A DNA stretch of 64,000 nt, taken from positions 32,001-96,000 of IMG/VR virus record IMGVR_UViG_3300044998_001357; one strand, given 5' to 3'. A model generated the notes under the pieces. It was not told the DNA's origin. It made no database searches and was given only the letters and a program-made list of their open reading frames with translations. This DNA is from a virus. Positions 55,310 through 64,000 of this stretch are shown piece by piece (within the stretch, counting starts at the first letter, position 1; the number at the start of each line of letters is the position of its first letter). Made by a program: the position numbers and the translations under genes.

Positions 55310-56359
55310 ATGGCAAATGTTGTTGGCACCCTCACTCGCGCCGCCACGCGTCGAGACAATGAACCGCTAAATATCCTCACTTTTCCGACCCACGAGCGCT
55401 ATCAGTCGCAATTTGCCGAGATGTCCGCGAACTTTTACCTGGTGCGAGCCCCCCAGGTCAAGGACTGGAACCCGACCTACGCTACAGTGCCCGACAATCA
55501 TATCCTGCTCGACCCGGCCCTGGGCGAGAAGCAAATTCCTGCCCATGTCGATTTTGATTTGGTGCTTAGCCAGAACAAGTTTGGTCAGTATCAGCTAGCT
55601 CAGCAGATTGCTCGCTCGTTGCAGCTACCGCTGGTGAGCCTTGAACACACTTTGCCTCACCCGGACTGGTCCCGAGCCAAAATTGAAGCCATGAAGCAGC
55701 TTCGCGGAGACATCAACGTCTTTATCAGCGAGTATTCGGTGGAGCAGTGGGGCTGGAGACTCGATGACCCCAGTGTCCAGGTTGTTCATCACGCAGTAAA
55801 TACGGATGTCTTCTCTCCAAAAATTGAAACATCCAAGAATAGGCATATTTTATCAGTTGTTAATGATTGGATTAATCGCGACTGGTGCTGTGGTTATTCT
55901 CTCTGGCGTGAGGTTGTTGATGGGTTACCCACCCATGTCCTAGGAGATACGCCGGGGCTTTCCTCGCCCGCTCCCAACGTCGCCGGACTTGCGCTTGCCT
56001 ATGCCATGTCCGCCGTGTTCCTCAACACAAGCCTGATTAGCCCGGTTCCCACGGCCCTTCTGGAGGCTATGTCGTGCGGGTGCGCCGTTGTTTCCACGGC
56101 CACTTGCATGATTCCATCCATCATCGAGAATGGGGTCAATGGATTTATCTCCAACGACCCGGCGGAGCTTCGCAGGTACTGCGAGCTTCTTCTGGACGAC
56201 CCAAAACTCCAAAAGAAGCTCGGGCAGGCGGCACGAGAAACCATTACTCAGCGATTTAGCATCAAACAATTTCTCGGCAGGTGGGAAGCCATTTTTCGTC
56301 ACGCTGCCGAGATGGCCTGGACAGGAGAAAAACATGAAAATTCGCATCAATGTTCGTGA
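55310..56359 (+). CDS. GT4 glycosyltransferase
   Basis: FLNTS..SPVPTALLEAMSCG, IENGVNG. Confidence 0.85.
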   Translation: MANVVGTLTRAATRRDNEPLNILTFPTHERYQSQFAEMSANFYLVRAPQVKDWNPTYATVPDNHILLDPALGEKQIPAHVDFDLVLSQNKFGQYQLAQQIARSLQLPLVSLEHTLPHPDWSRAKIEAMKQLRGDINVFISEYSVEQWGWRLDDPSVQVVHHAVNTDVFSPKIETSKNRHILSVVNDWINRDWCCGYSLWREVVDGLPTHVLGDTPGLSSPAPNVAGLALAYAMSAVFLNTSLISPVPTALLEAMSCGCAVVSTATCMIPSIIENGVNGFISNDPAELRRYCELLLDDPKLQKKLGQAARETITQRFSIKQFLGRWEAIFRHAAEMAWTGEKHENSHQCS

Positions 56360-56771
56360 TGGTAATGTAGTATCTCCTGGATATGTTGCCGTATCACTGG
56401 ATGAGCTTGGTATGGCGGTGGACGACGGAGAAGCTACGGAAATCATCGCATATAATGTAATTGATTGTATTTCACACAGGACTGTGGATGATTGTTTGGA
56501 TGCCATCTTGCGCAAGCTTGCACACGGCGGACTGCTGGTTATCAGTGCCTGCGATTACCAGGCAGTTGCTCGTGCCATCACACAAGGAAGGCTCAATCCC
56601 GAAGAGGTCAATGACCTACTGTATGGACCCCAGGATGCGGGTTTCTGGAGTACGCGCAAATCGGCTTACTCTATGGATATGTTGGTAAATTACTTTAAGC
56701 ATAAAGGATACACAATTGAATCAGCGCGTTTCGATTTATATCAGGTGGTTCTATCTATTCGGAGGCCATAA
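56334..56771 (+). CDS. Methyltransferase-like protein (truncated or degenerate)
   Basis: EIIAYNVID..LRKLAHGGLLVI; AGGAG RBS. Confidence 0.55.
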   Translation: MKIRINVRDGNVVSPGYVAVSLDELGMAVDDGEATEIIAYNVIDCISHRTVDDCLDAILRKLAHGGLLVISACDYQAVARAITQGRLNPEEVNDLLYGPQDAGFWSTRKSAYSMDMLVNYFKHKGYTIESARFDLYQVVLSIRRP

Positions 56772-56974
56772 TGGCTGTATCTCTAAGACCATTACCAAAC
56801 AACCAGCATCCGGCGTTTGAAGAAACTATCTACAACCTGTATTGCGATATCTGTCAGGGATGGTTCGGTCGAAAACCCGATGGAACATGGCCGGACCGAT
56901 GCCCAGTTTGTGAACCAAACAAGGAACTAAAAAAGAATGAACGAGCTATCTCCCGTCCACACGAGTTGCAGTGA
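56771..56974 (+). CDS. Small Zn-ribbon protein
   Basis: CDIC...PDRCPVC; GGAGG RBS. Confidence 0.55.
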   Translation: MAVSLRPLPNNQHPAFEETIYNLYCDICQGWFGRKPDGTWPDRCPVCEPNKELKKNERAISRPHELQ

Positions 56975-57752
56975 GTGTATCTTTGCCCAGTATCATGAGA
57001 AGTCTCAGATTGGCTGTAACTTTCCCACCGATGAGGGGAGCCGACTTTCCGTTTTCTACAAACAAAACAAGGTTCTGGACGCCACCAACAACAAGCTCAA
57101 CTTTGCGATTATCAACGGTCGCTATTGTGTTGCCAAGCGTGAGTCGCACTGGGGTTCCCAGCGACCTCAGGAAACCTGGGTTTCGACCGTTCAGAAAGAG
57201 CTTGAGCAAAAGGTGGATATTCTGATTCCGGTTCAATCTCACGTCGATACTCTGCGGTTGCCCGAGACCCTGCGAAGCCTTAGGGAGCAGGAGCTTGCGC
57301 CGCACAGCCTGGTGGTGGTTAACAACCAGACCGACGTTCCGGTAGAAACGCTTCATCAGACCATTCAGCAGATGGCCGGTGACCTGAACTGGTTTACAAC
57401 CACCATTGCCGAGCGTACCGAGGAAAATCGTCCGGTGTCGCTGGGACGGGCTCTGGATATCGCCATCCGAAATCTACGGGGACACTTCTACGGCTTTTTC
57501 TTTGCCGGCACAGTGATTCCCAAAAACTATGTCTCAACCATTAACCGCAAGGTTCTCAACCTGGAACAGTTCGCCGTCCTTATAAGCAAATTCATTCCTG
57601 GTCACATGACCGTGGCTCTGTCGTTTCACCGACAGGTGGGTGGATTCCAGCCCACGGAAATCGCCGATGATGTGCTGGCCAAAGCCAGGCATCTGGCCAT
57701 GGTCCACGAGACACCCTGGCTTGTTGGTGAACTGGAGAATCTATGCGTGTAA
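56937..57752 (+). CDS. Cys-rich N-domain plus degenerate GT2-like domain
   Basis: HTSCSEC..C; ILIPV..TLRSL..Q...VVVNN. Confidence 0.5.
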   Translation: MNELSPVHTSCSECIFAQYHEKSQIGCNFPTDEGSRLSVFYKQNKVLDATNNKLNFAIINGRYCVAKRESHWGSQRPQETWVSTVQKELEQKVDILIPVQSHVDTLRLPETLRSLREQELAPHSLVVVNNQTDVPVETLHQTIQQMAGDLNWFTTTIAERTEENRPVSLGRALDIAIRNLRGHFYGFFFAGTVIPKNYVSTINRKVLNLEQFAVLISKFIPGHMTVALSFHRQVGGFQPTEIADDVLAKARHLAMVHETPWLVGELENLCV

Positions 57753-58522
57753 TTGCTATTGTTCCGTGTCACAACCACGAACAATGGGTGGGAGATGCCC
57801 TCGAGTCTCTGTGGAGGCAGCAGGAACCTCCGTGTGGGGTGGTGGTGGTCAACGATGGCTCCACCGACAATTCGCGTGCTGCGGTTCTAGGAGGTCTGGT
57901 TCAGCACCATCCTCTGAAACTGCCGCTGAGCACCCCGCCTGGGGAGTCGGTACTCGGATTCTGGAAGAGATTGCCGGTGTTGTATCTGGGTTACCTCCAT
58001 GCTCGCGGCCCCTCGTTCGCCCGAAACCGGGGACTGGAGGTTGGGCGGATATTCCCCGATTTTGACAGCGATATTGTGGCATTTCTGGACTCAGACGACA
58101 TCTATGAGTTTGGGAAAATCGCTCAAAGCGCTTCGCTTTTGCGTCAGTACGAGGGTGAGGTGGGGGTGGTCTATTCGGACTACGACACCATTCGCCCCGA
58201 TGGGTTGCGCATCCGCCACTTCAAGGAGCCGTTCTCTCGTCGTCGTCTGCTTCAGGAATGTATTGTCAATTGCGACTCTCTGGTGTTGCGCAGTGCCCTG
58301 GAAAAGGTAAATGGTTTTGACGAAGAACTTCGGGTCTGCGAAGACTACGATTTGTGGCTTAGAATTAGCGAGCATTATGCCATTATGCATGTAGCCCATT
58401 CGCTGGTAACCATTCGGGTTGGACCTCATAGTTCGACCACCAAGGTTCGCTCGGAGATTTGGCAGAGGTGCTGGCAGCGAGTGGCCGAAAAAACAAATCA
58501 GCGAAACCAAAGAATATGTTAA
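57743..58522 (+). CDS. GT2 glycosyltransferase
   Basis: IVPCHN, VNDGSTD, ARNRG, FLDSDD, EDYDLW. Confidence 0.92.
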   Translation: MRVIAIVPCHNHEQWVGDALESLWRQQEPPCGVVVVNDGSTDNSRAAVLGGLVQHHPLKLPLSTPPGESVLGFWKRLPVLYLGYLHARGPSFARNRGLEVGRIFPDFDSDIVAFLDSDDIYEFGKIAQSASLLRQYEGEVGVVYSDYDTIRPDGLRIRHFKEPFSRRRLLQECIVNCDSLVLRSALEKVNGFDEELRVCEDYDLWLRISEHYAIMHVAHSLVTIRVGPHSSTTKVRSEIWQRCWQRVAEKTNQRNQRIC

Positions 58523-59214
58523 CCCAGAAAGAGATACCATTCTATGAGTGGTTAGATATTATCATTCCTGTGGCGGGTTCTCGCCTAAGTTCCTACGGCG
58601 GGGTGGGTTCTATTTGGTTGGGTAAAGAGACGGTCCTTCAGCGTCAGATTCGTTTATTAGACGGGGTCTTTCCCGGTGCGAGATTTTGGATTGTGGTAGG
58701 AAAGGGGGTGGAATTGCCCCCGCTTCCTCCCTCGGTGACGGTCCGGGTGGTTCGCAACAACGACCCCAACAGCAATGTCTCTCATAGTATTCGGCTGGCC
58801 GCAGAGCAAACCCAACCCCCCAATACGTGCTTAATCATCTATGGGGATTTGGTCTTTAGTCGGTCCTTTCTAGACCGCTTGGATATTCGGCGTTCCATTG
58901 CCGTCTGCTCCAGAGGGAGCGAAGAATCCGACCACATCGGTATCACCAATCTAGAGGGGCCCATCGAGATTTTCTCCTACGGGTTGCCCCATCGCTGGCT
59001 ACAGATTTGTGTTTTGCAGCCGCGAGAGAAAAAGCTTTTCGTCAAAGCGGCGTCGGAATCCTACCGCAAACGGTTTTTGGGACATGAGATTCTTAACGAG
59101 GTCATCGAGGCCGGAGGTAGTCTCGATGCGTGGACCCCCTCTATTTCTTTGGTCGATATCGACAGTCCTCGGGATATCCCCCGTGCGGTGAGACTGACAA
59201 ACCGCGAGGATTGA
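58516..59214 (+). CDS. Nucleotidyltransferase-like protein (LicC/NTP_transf_3-like)
   Basis: IIPVAGSRL, TVLQRQI, IIYGDLVF, DIDSPRD. Confidence 0.7.
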   Translation: MLTQKEIPFYEWLDIIIPVAGSRLSSYGGVGSIWLGKETVLQRQIRLLDGVFPGARFWIVVGKGVELPPLPPSVTVRVVRNNDPNSNVSHSIRLAAEQTQPPNTCLIIYGDLVFSRSFLDRLDIRRSIAVCSRGSEESDHIGITNLEGPIEIFSYGLPHRWLQICVLQPREKKLFVKAASESYRKRFLGHEILNEVIEAGGSLDAWTPSISLVDIDSPRDIPRAVRLTNRED

Positions 59215-59264
59215 CTACCTGAATTTCCGGGTGATACTCCGTCCTGGAATTCAGGAGAAGCACC

Positions 59265-60305
59265 ATGCGAGTTTTGTGTGAATTCACGCCGTGCGGACCA
59301 TCGTATGTTCGCTCGGGGTGGGGTCGAGTTTTTCAAGCTCTTGGTCATGAGTTTGTTTTTTGGAATCCGCAAACCAAACCAGCCTTTGATATGTTTGCAG
59401 AGTTTGAACCCGACCTTTTTCTGGGTTGTACCTACTCGGTTGACCGCGCAGTTTACAAATGTATTGCCTCCCGACCTCAGATGAGGGTCGCCCTATTTGC
59501 CAGTGCGTGGGGTCATTACCTCCGGGATGTTAATTTGGAGCAGTACCCTCTGGTGGTGGTCACCGAGCAGGAAAAGCGCACCATCGAGCAACTCAAGAAG
59601 CAAACCGGCCGACCGGACTTTGTGTTTATCCACGCTCACGGCCCCTGGCTGGAGGGGACACTCTCCGGCTGGAAGGAAATTGGTGTCGATACCTGCGGCA
59701 TCCTCAACGCGGCGGATGTCTTTGTTTACGCCAACAGCGTGTCGCGACCCGAGTTGGCCTGCGACATCGGTTTTGTGGGGGGTTACTGGCCCTACAAGGC
59801 CCGTAATCTCGACCGCTATCTGTTGCCTTTGTGTCACCCGCAGAAGGGTCTCAACATCCGAATCTTTGGTAATCAGCCCTGGCCGGTCCATTCCTACCTA
59901 GGTACTTGCGACGACCGTATTGCTCGCGACCTGTTTGCCTCGGCCACCGTCTGCCCCAATATCTCCGAACCCCACAGTACCGATTTGGGCTGGGATGTGG
60001 TCGAGCGAGTCTTCAAAGTGCCCGCAGCGGGTGGGCTTCTGGTTTGCGATGCGGTCCAGGAGGCAATCGACCTCTTTGGGGATGATTTGTTGGTGGTGAT
60101 TAGCCCCTTTGAACTGGAAGAGGCTGTTCAACATTTCAAGAAAAACCCCCATCTGCGGCAACACTATATCAAGCGAATGCAAGAAAGGGTTCTGATTGAG
60201 CACACCTATCATCATCGTGTTGCGACCATGCTCAACAAGCTGGATATGCCGGATGAAGCCGAGAAGTGCATTTTACACCTTAAATCCATGATTGGGAGTA
60301 TCTAA
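59265..60305 (+). CDS. CgeB/Glyco_trans_1_2-family glycosyltransferase
   Basis: DIGFVG, CPNISE, ERVFKV..GG, HTYHHRV. Confidence 0.8.
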   Translation: MRVLCEFTPCGPSYVRSGWGRVFQALGHEFVFWNPQTKPAFDMFAEFEPDLFLGCTYSVDRAVYKCIASRPQMRVALFASAWGHYLRDVNLEQYPLVVVTEQEKRTIEQLKKQTGRPDFVFIHAHGPWLEGTLSGWKEIGVDTCGILNAADVFVYANSVSRPELACDIGFVGGYWPYKARNLDRYLLPLCHPQKGLNIRIFGNQPWPVHSYLGTCDDRIARDLFASATVCPNISEPHSTDLGWDVVERVFKVPAAGGLLVCDAVQEAIDLFGDDLLVVISPFELEEAVQHFKKNPHLRQHYIKRMQERVLIEHTYHHRVATMLNKLDMPDEAEKCILHLKSMIGSI

Positions 60306-60307
60306 AA

Positions 60308-60622
60308 ATGGAGATGGAAACAGTTCGTCAGTACGACCAAGACCGCTGCCTTCTTCGGTTTAATAACGGCTATGTGGTGGAGGCGGCCGTTCTTATCTGC
60401 CGGGACGAGCACGGCAATCCGGATGTCGACGAACGCCGAATTACCCTGGTCGACCCGTGTGATGGTCAGCCCAATATGCGGGTGGTTGTGGAAGCTACCG
60501 TATCCCGAAGCAAAATCCGGCATGTGGGAATTGCGCTCATTGGCACGCGAATACTCTCGATGAGGGTTGGGGTAAGTGCACGTCAGTCACCAAAATCGAT
60601 ATGTACGAAAACCCCAAGGTAG
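60308..60622 (+). CDS. Hypothetical protein (3' part uncertain)
   Basis: ATG after GGGAG; an alternative frame looks more gene-like from about 60500. Confidence 0.35.
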   Translation: MEMETVRQYDQDRCLLRFNNGYVVEAAVLICRDEHGNPDVDERRITLVDPCDGQPNMRVVVEATVSRSKIRHVGIALIGTRILSMRVGVSARQSPKSICTKTPR

Positions 60623-60701
60623 GCGCGCTCTTCCATATTCGTACTCATAAAACGGAAGACGAAACCAAACGAATTTTTGGTGCGCGGCATTCACACAAGC
60701 C

Positions 60702-60944
60702 ATGACACGCTCGGATGCCGTGAATTTCCAGGAAATGCTCTTCGGTCGGGCCATGCTCACCGATATCTGCATGGCCCTACGTAGTGCCTGCAACGGCTCC
60801 GCAGACCCCTGGACGGATTACAAGAAGAGTCAGACTATTCGCTTGCTGAAGGCACGTCTGGCCACCTGGCAACTACCCAGCAACGAGGTGGACGAGGCGG
60901 TGAAACAACTGGTTTGTGCAACCCTGAAAGAGGTGGGTGCGTGA
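60702..60944 (+). CDS. Hypothetical protein
   Basis: 80-aa ORF coupled to its neighbours. Confidence 0.5.
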   Translation: MTRSDAVNFQEMLFGRAMLTDICMALRSACNGSADPWTDYKKSQTIRLLKARLATWQLPSNEVDEAVKQLVCATLKEVGA

Positions 60945-61135
60945 TGAGTGGTCAAGAACTTCTTCCTCTGGATAAACAGTGGTGTGTGGTTCGCACCACC
61001 GGTGGTCAAATTTATACCGGAACCATCCATGTTCAGGGGGAGCAAATTCTATTGCTGACGCCCGTGAGTCATGTCATGTTCCCTTGCGAGGCCATCGCCT
61101 TTGCCGAGGCGGTCGCATCCCTCGCTCCTGGTTGA
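60944..61135 (+). CDS. Small Sm/LSm-like beta protein
   Basis: CVVRTTGGQIYTGTI...ILL; GAGGTG RBS. Confidence 0.45.
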   Translation: MSGQELLPLDKQWCVVRTTGGQIYTGTIHVQGEQILLLTPVSHVMFPCEAIAFAEAVASLAPG

Positions 61136-61347
61136 GTGAAACTCATCGGGATACTTTTGGTTGTCTGTTTTAGGAGAAAACATGAAGTTAGAACGACTCT
61201 CAGGAAGGAGACCGTGAATCGTCCGACCAGGACCAGCAGGTCGTCGACGCCGGCGGTGGTCCTTACCCAGCGATGGGCACTCAATCTTGAAGAGATTGAC
61301 GCGTTTGCAGATAGGCTAAAAAGGTTAATCAAAACAATCGATGTAAT

Positions 61348-62220
61348 ATGAAAGTAAAAGCATCAATCTTGATTAGTTCGTATAATCGAATTAACCTGTT
61401 CAGGCGTACACTCGCGTCCATCGCGCGTTATGGGCCTGGGGTGCCTTTTGAGGTGGTGGTGGTCGATGACGGCTCCTCCGAGGATATCCTAGGTCTTTTG
61501 TCCGAATTTTCCTCGCGGTTCTGGTGGAAACTAGTTCGGTTTGACGCCCGGGTCTTTGAGCAGACGACCGGATTAACAAAGTTTCACAACAACCCCTGTG
61601 TGACCAATAACATCGCCTTTCGTCATGCTGAGGGCGACTGGCTCTTCCAGCAGGGCAACGAAGTGATTGCCCAGCCTGGGGCTTACGACAAGCTGATTGC
61701 CGACATTCCCAACGGCCCTTACTGGATGGTGATGTCGACCACTTACGACATCCCTAAGAGTGTGGTGGACCATCTGGGTCCGTATGGGGAAAATATCACC
61801 CGGGGGCTGGTGGCTTACCTAGAACGCTTTCCGTTGCAGTCGGCGAGTTACCGCAGCGACGTGACCAACTATCTGAGCCTAGCCTCACGAGAGCTCTGGC
61901 AGGAACTGGGGGGTTACGACGAGCGATACTACGGCGGGATTAGTGCCGAGGACTCAGACTTTGTTCGCCGGGCACGGGCTATTCCGGGATTCACCCAAAT
62001 CATCAGCACCGCCACCTCGTTGCATCAGTATCACCAGGGCAAAACCTGTTACTACGACCCACCGGCCGACATCATCACTCCGGAGCGCTGGGAGGAAGGG
62101 GTACGTCTCAATCACGCCATTTACCACCAGTGGGACGGCACGCCGCGCAACCCACAGGACTGGCCAATGGGGTTTTTTGGGGTGAGTCAAGTGATTACCA
62201 ATCGTTCGGAGGTGCGATGA
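61348..62220 (+). CDS. GT2 glycosyltransferase
   Basis: ILISSYNR, VVVDDGS, GGYDERY..AEDSDF, HQYH. Confidence 0.88.
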   Translation: MKVKASILISSYNRINLFRRTLASIARYGPGVPFEVVVVDDGSSEDILGLLSEFSSRFWWKLVRFDARVFEQTTGLTKFHNNPCVTNNIAFRHAEGDWLFQQGNEVIAQPGAYDKLIADIPNGPYWMVMSTTYDIPKSVVDHLGPYGENITRGLVAYLERFPLQSASYRSDVTNYLSLASRELWQELGGYDERYYGGISAEDSDFVRRARAIPGFTQIISTATSLHQYHQGKTCYYDPPADIITPERWEEGVRLNHAIYHQWDGTPRNPQDWPMGFFGVSQVITNRSEVR

Positions 62221-63110
62221 AACGGATTCTAGTGACCGGTGCGACCGGGTTTTTAGGTCGGCACCTGATGCAGCTGTTGCGACGGGAACATTGTCTGTTG
62301 GTAGGGATGTCTCGCCACCGCAACGCCACGGGCCGGAGCGATATCGAATCTCTGGATATCACCAGCCCGATGGATGTACGTAACCTGCTTTATTCCTTCC
62401 TGCCGGATGTTATTTTTCATCTGGCGGGCAACCCTCTGGTCAAGGAAAGTGGTCCGGAGGTGATGCGAGTCAACACTCTGGGGACCAACCATCTGCTGGA
62501 GTACGCCCCCAAAGGCTGCCGGTTTGTCCTGGCCTCCAGCGCCACGGTTTATGGCGCACACGCTAGCGGTCTTCTGGCCCACGAGGGCTTTCCCTGCGCG
62601 GCGACCTCCACCTATGCCGCCAGCAAAATCGCAGCGGAGAGCCTAGTGGACGCCTATACCTTCACCGGTCGGGTTCGGGGTATCTCGCTGCGCTACGTCG
62701 CCAATGTCGGTCCTGGGGCCACCCACGGATTGTTACGCGATATCGTTCGCAAGCTTCGTGAGGATAGCAAAAGCCTGGAACTCCTGGGGGATGCACCCGG
62801 CTCGACAAAGCCGTTTATTCACGTTGCCGATACTGCGAGGGCCACGCGGTATTTTGGGCTTGATTGTGATTATATTGGTCATGTGAACATTTCTAATTCC
62901 GATTCGCTGAGCGTTCTGGAAGTCGCAACCATGGCGATAGATGCTCTTGGTATCCACAAGCCCATCGTCTGGAGTGGACAGGATTCTCTTTGGCCGGGCG
63001 ATATAAAGACCGTTCGTATTTCTCCCCGTAAGATGCAGGGGTTGGGTTTTGAGTTGACTTATAACACCTCGGTCAAGGCCGTGAAAAAAGCGCTGGAAGA
63101 AATGGAGTAG
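62217..63110 (+). CDS. NAD-dependent epimerase/dehydratase (extended SDR)
   Basis: LVTGATGFLG, ASSATVYG, YAASK, RYVANVG. Confidence 0.92.
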   Translation: MKRILVTGATGFLGRHLMQLLRREHCLLVGMSRHRNATGRSDIESLDITSPMDVRNLLYSFLPDVIFHLAGNPLVKESGPEVMRVNTLGTNHLLEYAPKGCRFVLASSATVYGAHASGLLAHEGFPCAATSTYAASKIAAESLVDAYTFTGRVRGISLRYVANVGPGATHGLLRDIVRKLREDSKSLELLGDAPGSTKPFIHVADTARATRYFGLDCDYIGHVNISNSDSLSVLEVATMAIDALGIHKPIVWSGQDSLWPGDIKTVRISPRKMQGLGFELTYNTSVKAVKKALEEME

Positions 63111-63112
63111 GG

Positions 63113-64000
63113 ATGATGGCACAAAAAACCATTGTGGTGACGGGCTGTGCGGGTTACATCGGCAGCGTGCTGACCGAGTTGTTGCTACGCGAACGCTACC
63201 GCGTTATTGGGATAGATAATTTTTTCCATAGAGCCCAGCAGATTCAAAGCGTACTGCCTTTTCTCAATCATGCGGCCTACCGCTTTGTTTGTGGGGATGT
63301 TCGCGACAAGAACGACCTGCTGCGTTTTCTCATTGGTGCCGATGCGGTGGTGCCGCTGGCGGCGCTGGTGGGAGCGCCTTTGTGCGAAGAGCATCCCTTG
63401 ACCACACACGAGGTGAATTTTGACGCCATCAGGGACATGATGAATCTGCTGGGGTCCGGCGTTCGTGTGATTTACCCCAACACGAATTCCGGCTATGGCA
63501 AGATGGGTGAGCGTCCCTGTCTGGAAACAGACGAGATGCGGCCCCTATCGCTCTACGCACAAAGCAAGTGCGATGCCGAAAAGGTGGTTCTGGACCATCC
63601 CAATGCGGTGGTCTTCCGGCTCGCGACCGTCTTTGGCATCAGCGCGCGCATGCGTTTTGACCTTCTGGTTAATGACCTGGTTTCCCAGCTGGTCCTGAAG
63701 CGCAAGGTCCGTCTCTACCAGCCGCACTTCCGGCGAAACTACGTGGGTATTCGCGATGTCGCGCGAGCCATTCTCTGGGCGATTGAAGGGGAGCAAAAAG
63801 GGGTGTTCAACCTGGGACACCCTGAGGTCAATCTCACCAAACTTGAACTAGCCCGGCGGATTTGCGACCTACTGCAGCTAAACCCCGCCAAGACCATCGA
63901 ATTGGTCGAGGGCGAGGACCACGACAAACGCGACTATTTTGTTTCCAATGAGAAAATTCTCCAGGCGGGCTTCCGGTTCGAACACACCCTAGAACAGGGA
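63113..64000 (+). CDS. NAD-dependent epimerase/dehydratase (partial, runs off the window)
   Basis: Not in the ORF track. Reads MMAQKTIVVTGCAGYIGS, PLAALVG, PNTNSGYG, YAQSK, RLATVFG..RMRFDLLVND. Confidence 0.9.
   Translation, partial: MMAQKTIVVTGCAGYIGSVLTELLLRERYRVIGIDNFFHRAQQIQSVLPFLNHAAYRFVCGDVRDKNDLLRFLIGADAVVPLAALVGAPLCEEHPLTTHEVNFDAIRDMMNLLGSGVRVIYPNTNSGYGKMGERPCLETDEMRPLSLYAQSKCDAEKVVLDHPNAVVFRLATVFGISARMRFDLLVNDLVSQLVLKRKVRLYQPHFRRNYVGIRDVARAILWAIEGEQKGVFNLGHPEVNLTKLELARRICDLLQLNPAKTIELVEGEDHDKRDYFVSNEKILQAGFRFEHTLEQG

Overview
A 64-kb segment of a large, probably temperate dsDNA bacteriophage. It is densely coded, almost entirely on the + strand, uses the standard genetic code, and contains no recognisable capsid, terminase or tail genes. 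A Planctomycetota host is suggested by a long-insertion acyl carrier protein, a planctomycete-type cytochrome c, a RimI-like GNAT and a ygiQ 3' fragment. From left to right: (1) a ygiQ (radical SAM) 3' fragment, a symmetric att-like site and a large serine recombinase; (2) accessory genes including Dam, DUF932, RNase H, RNA ligase, HNH, a peptide release factor apparently made by a prfB-like CUU-UGA +1 frameshift, ACP and a pseudo-receiver; (3) a first glycosylation block, ThyX and a sigma factor; (4) an operon of exported proteins with two CxxCH c-type cytochromes and a papain-like peptidase; (5) nucleotide metabolism, with a dCMP deaminase-cytidylyltransferase fusion and intein-containing NrdB and NrdA; (6) a replication module with RecA-like, DnaB, primase, dNMP kinase, Cas4-like nuclease, an atypical tRNA-Arg, an intein-less split DnaE with a DnaQ-like gene in the gap, and SSB; (7) a large glycosyltransferase/NDP-sugar cluster with PhoH that runs off the window end. 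All family assignments come from motif recognition by eye; no database searches were run.
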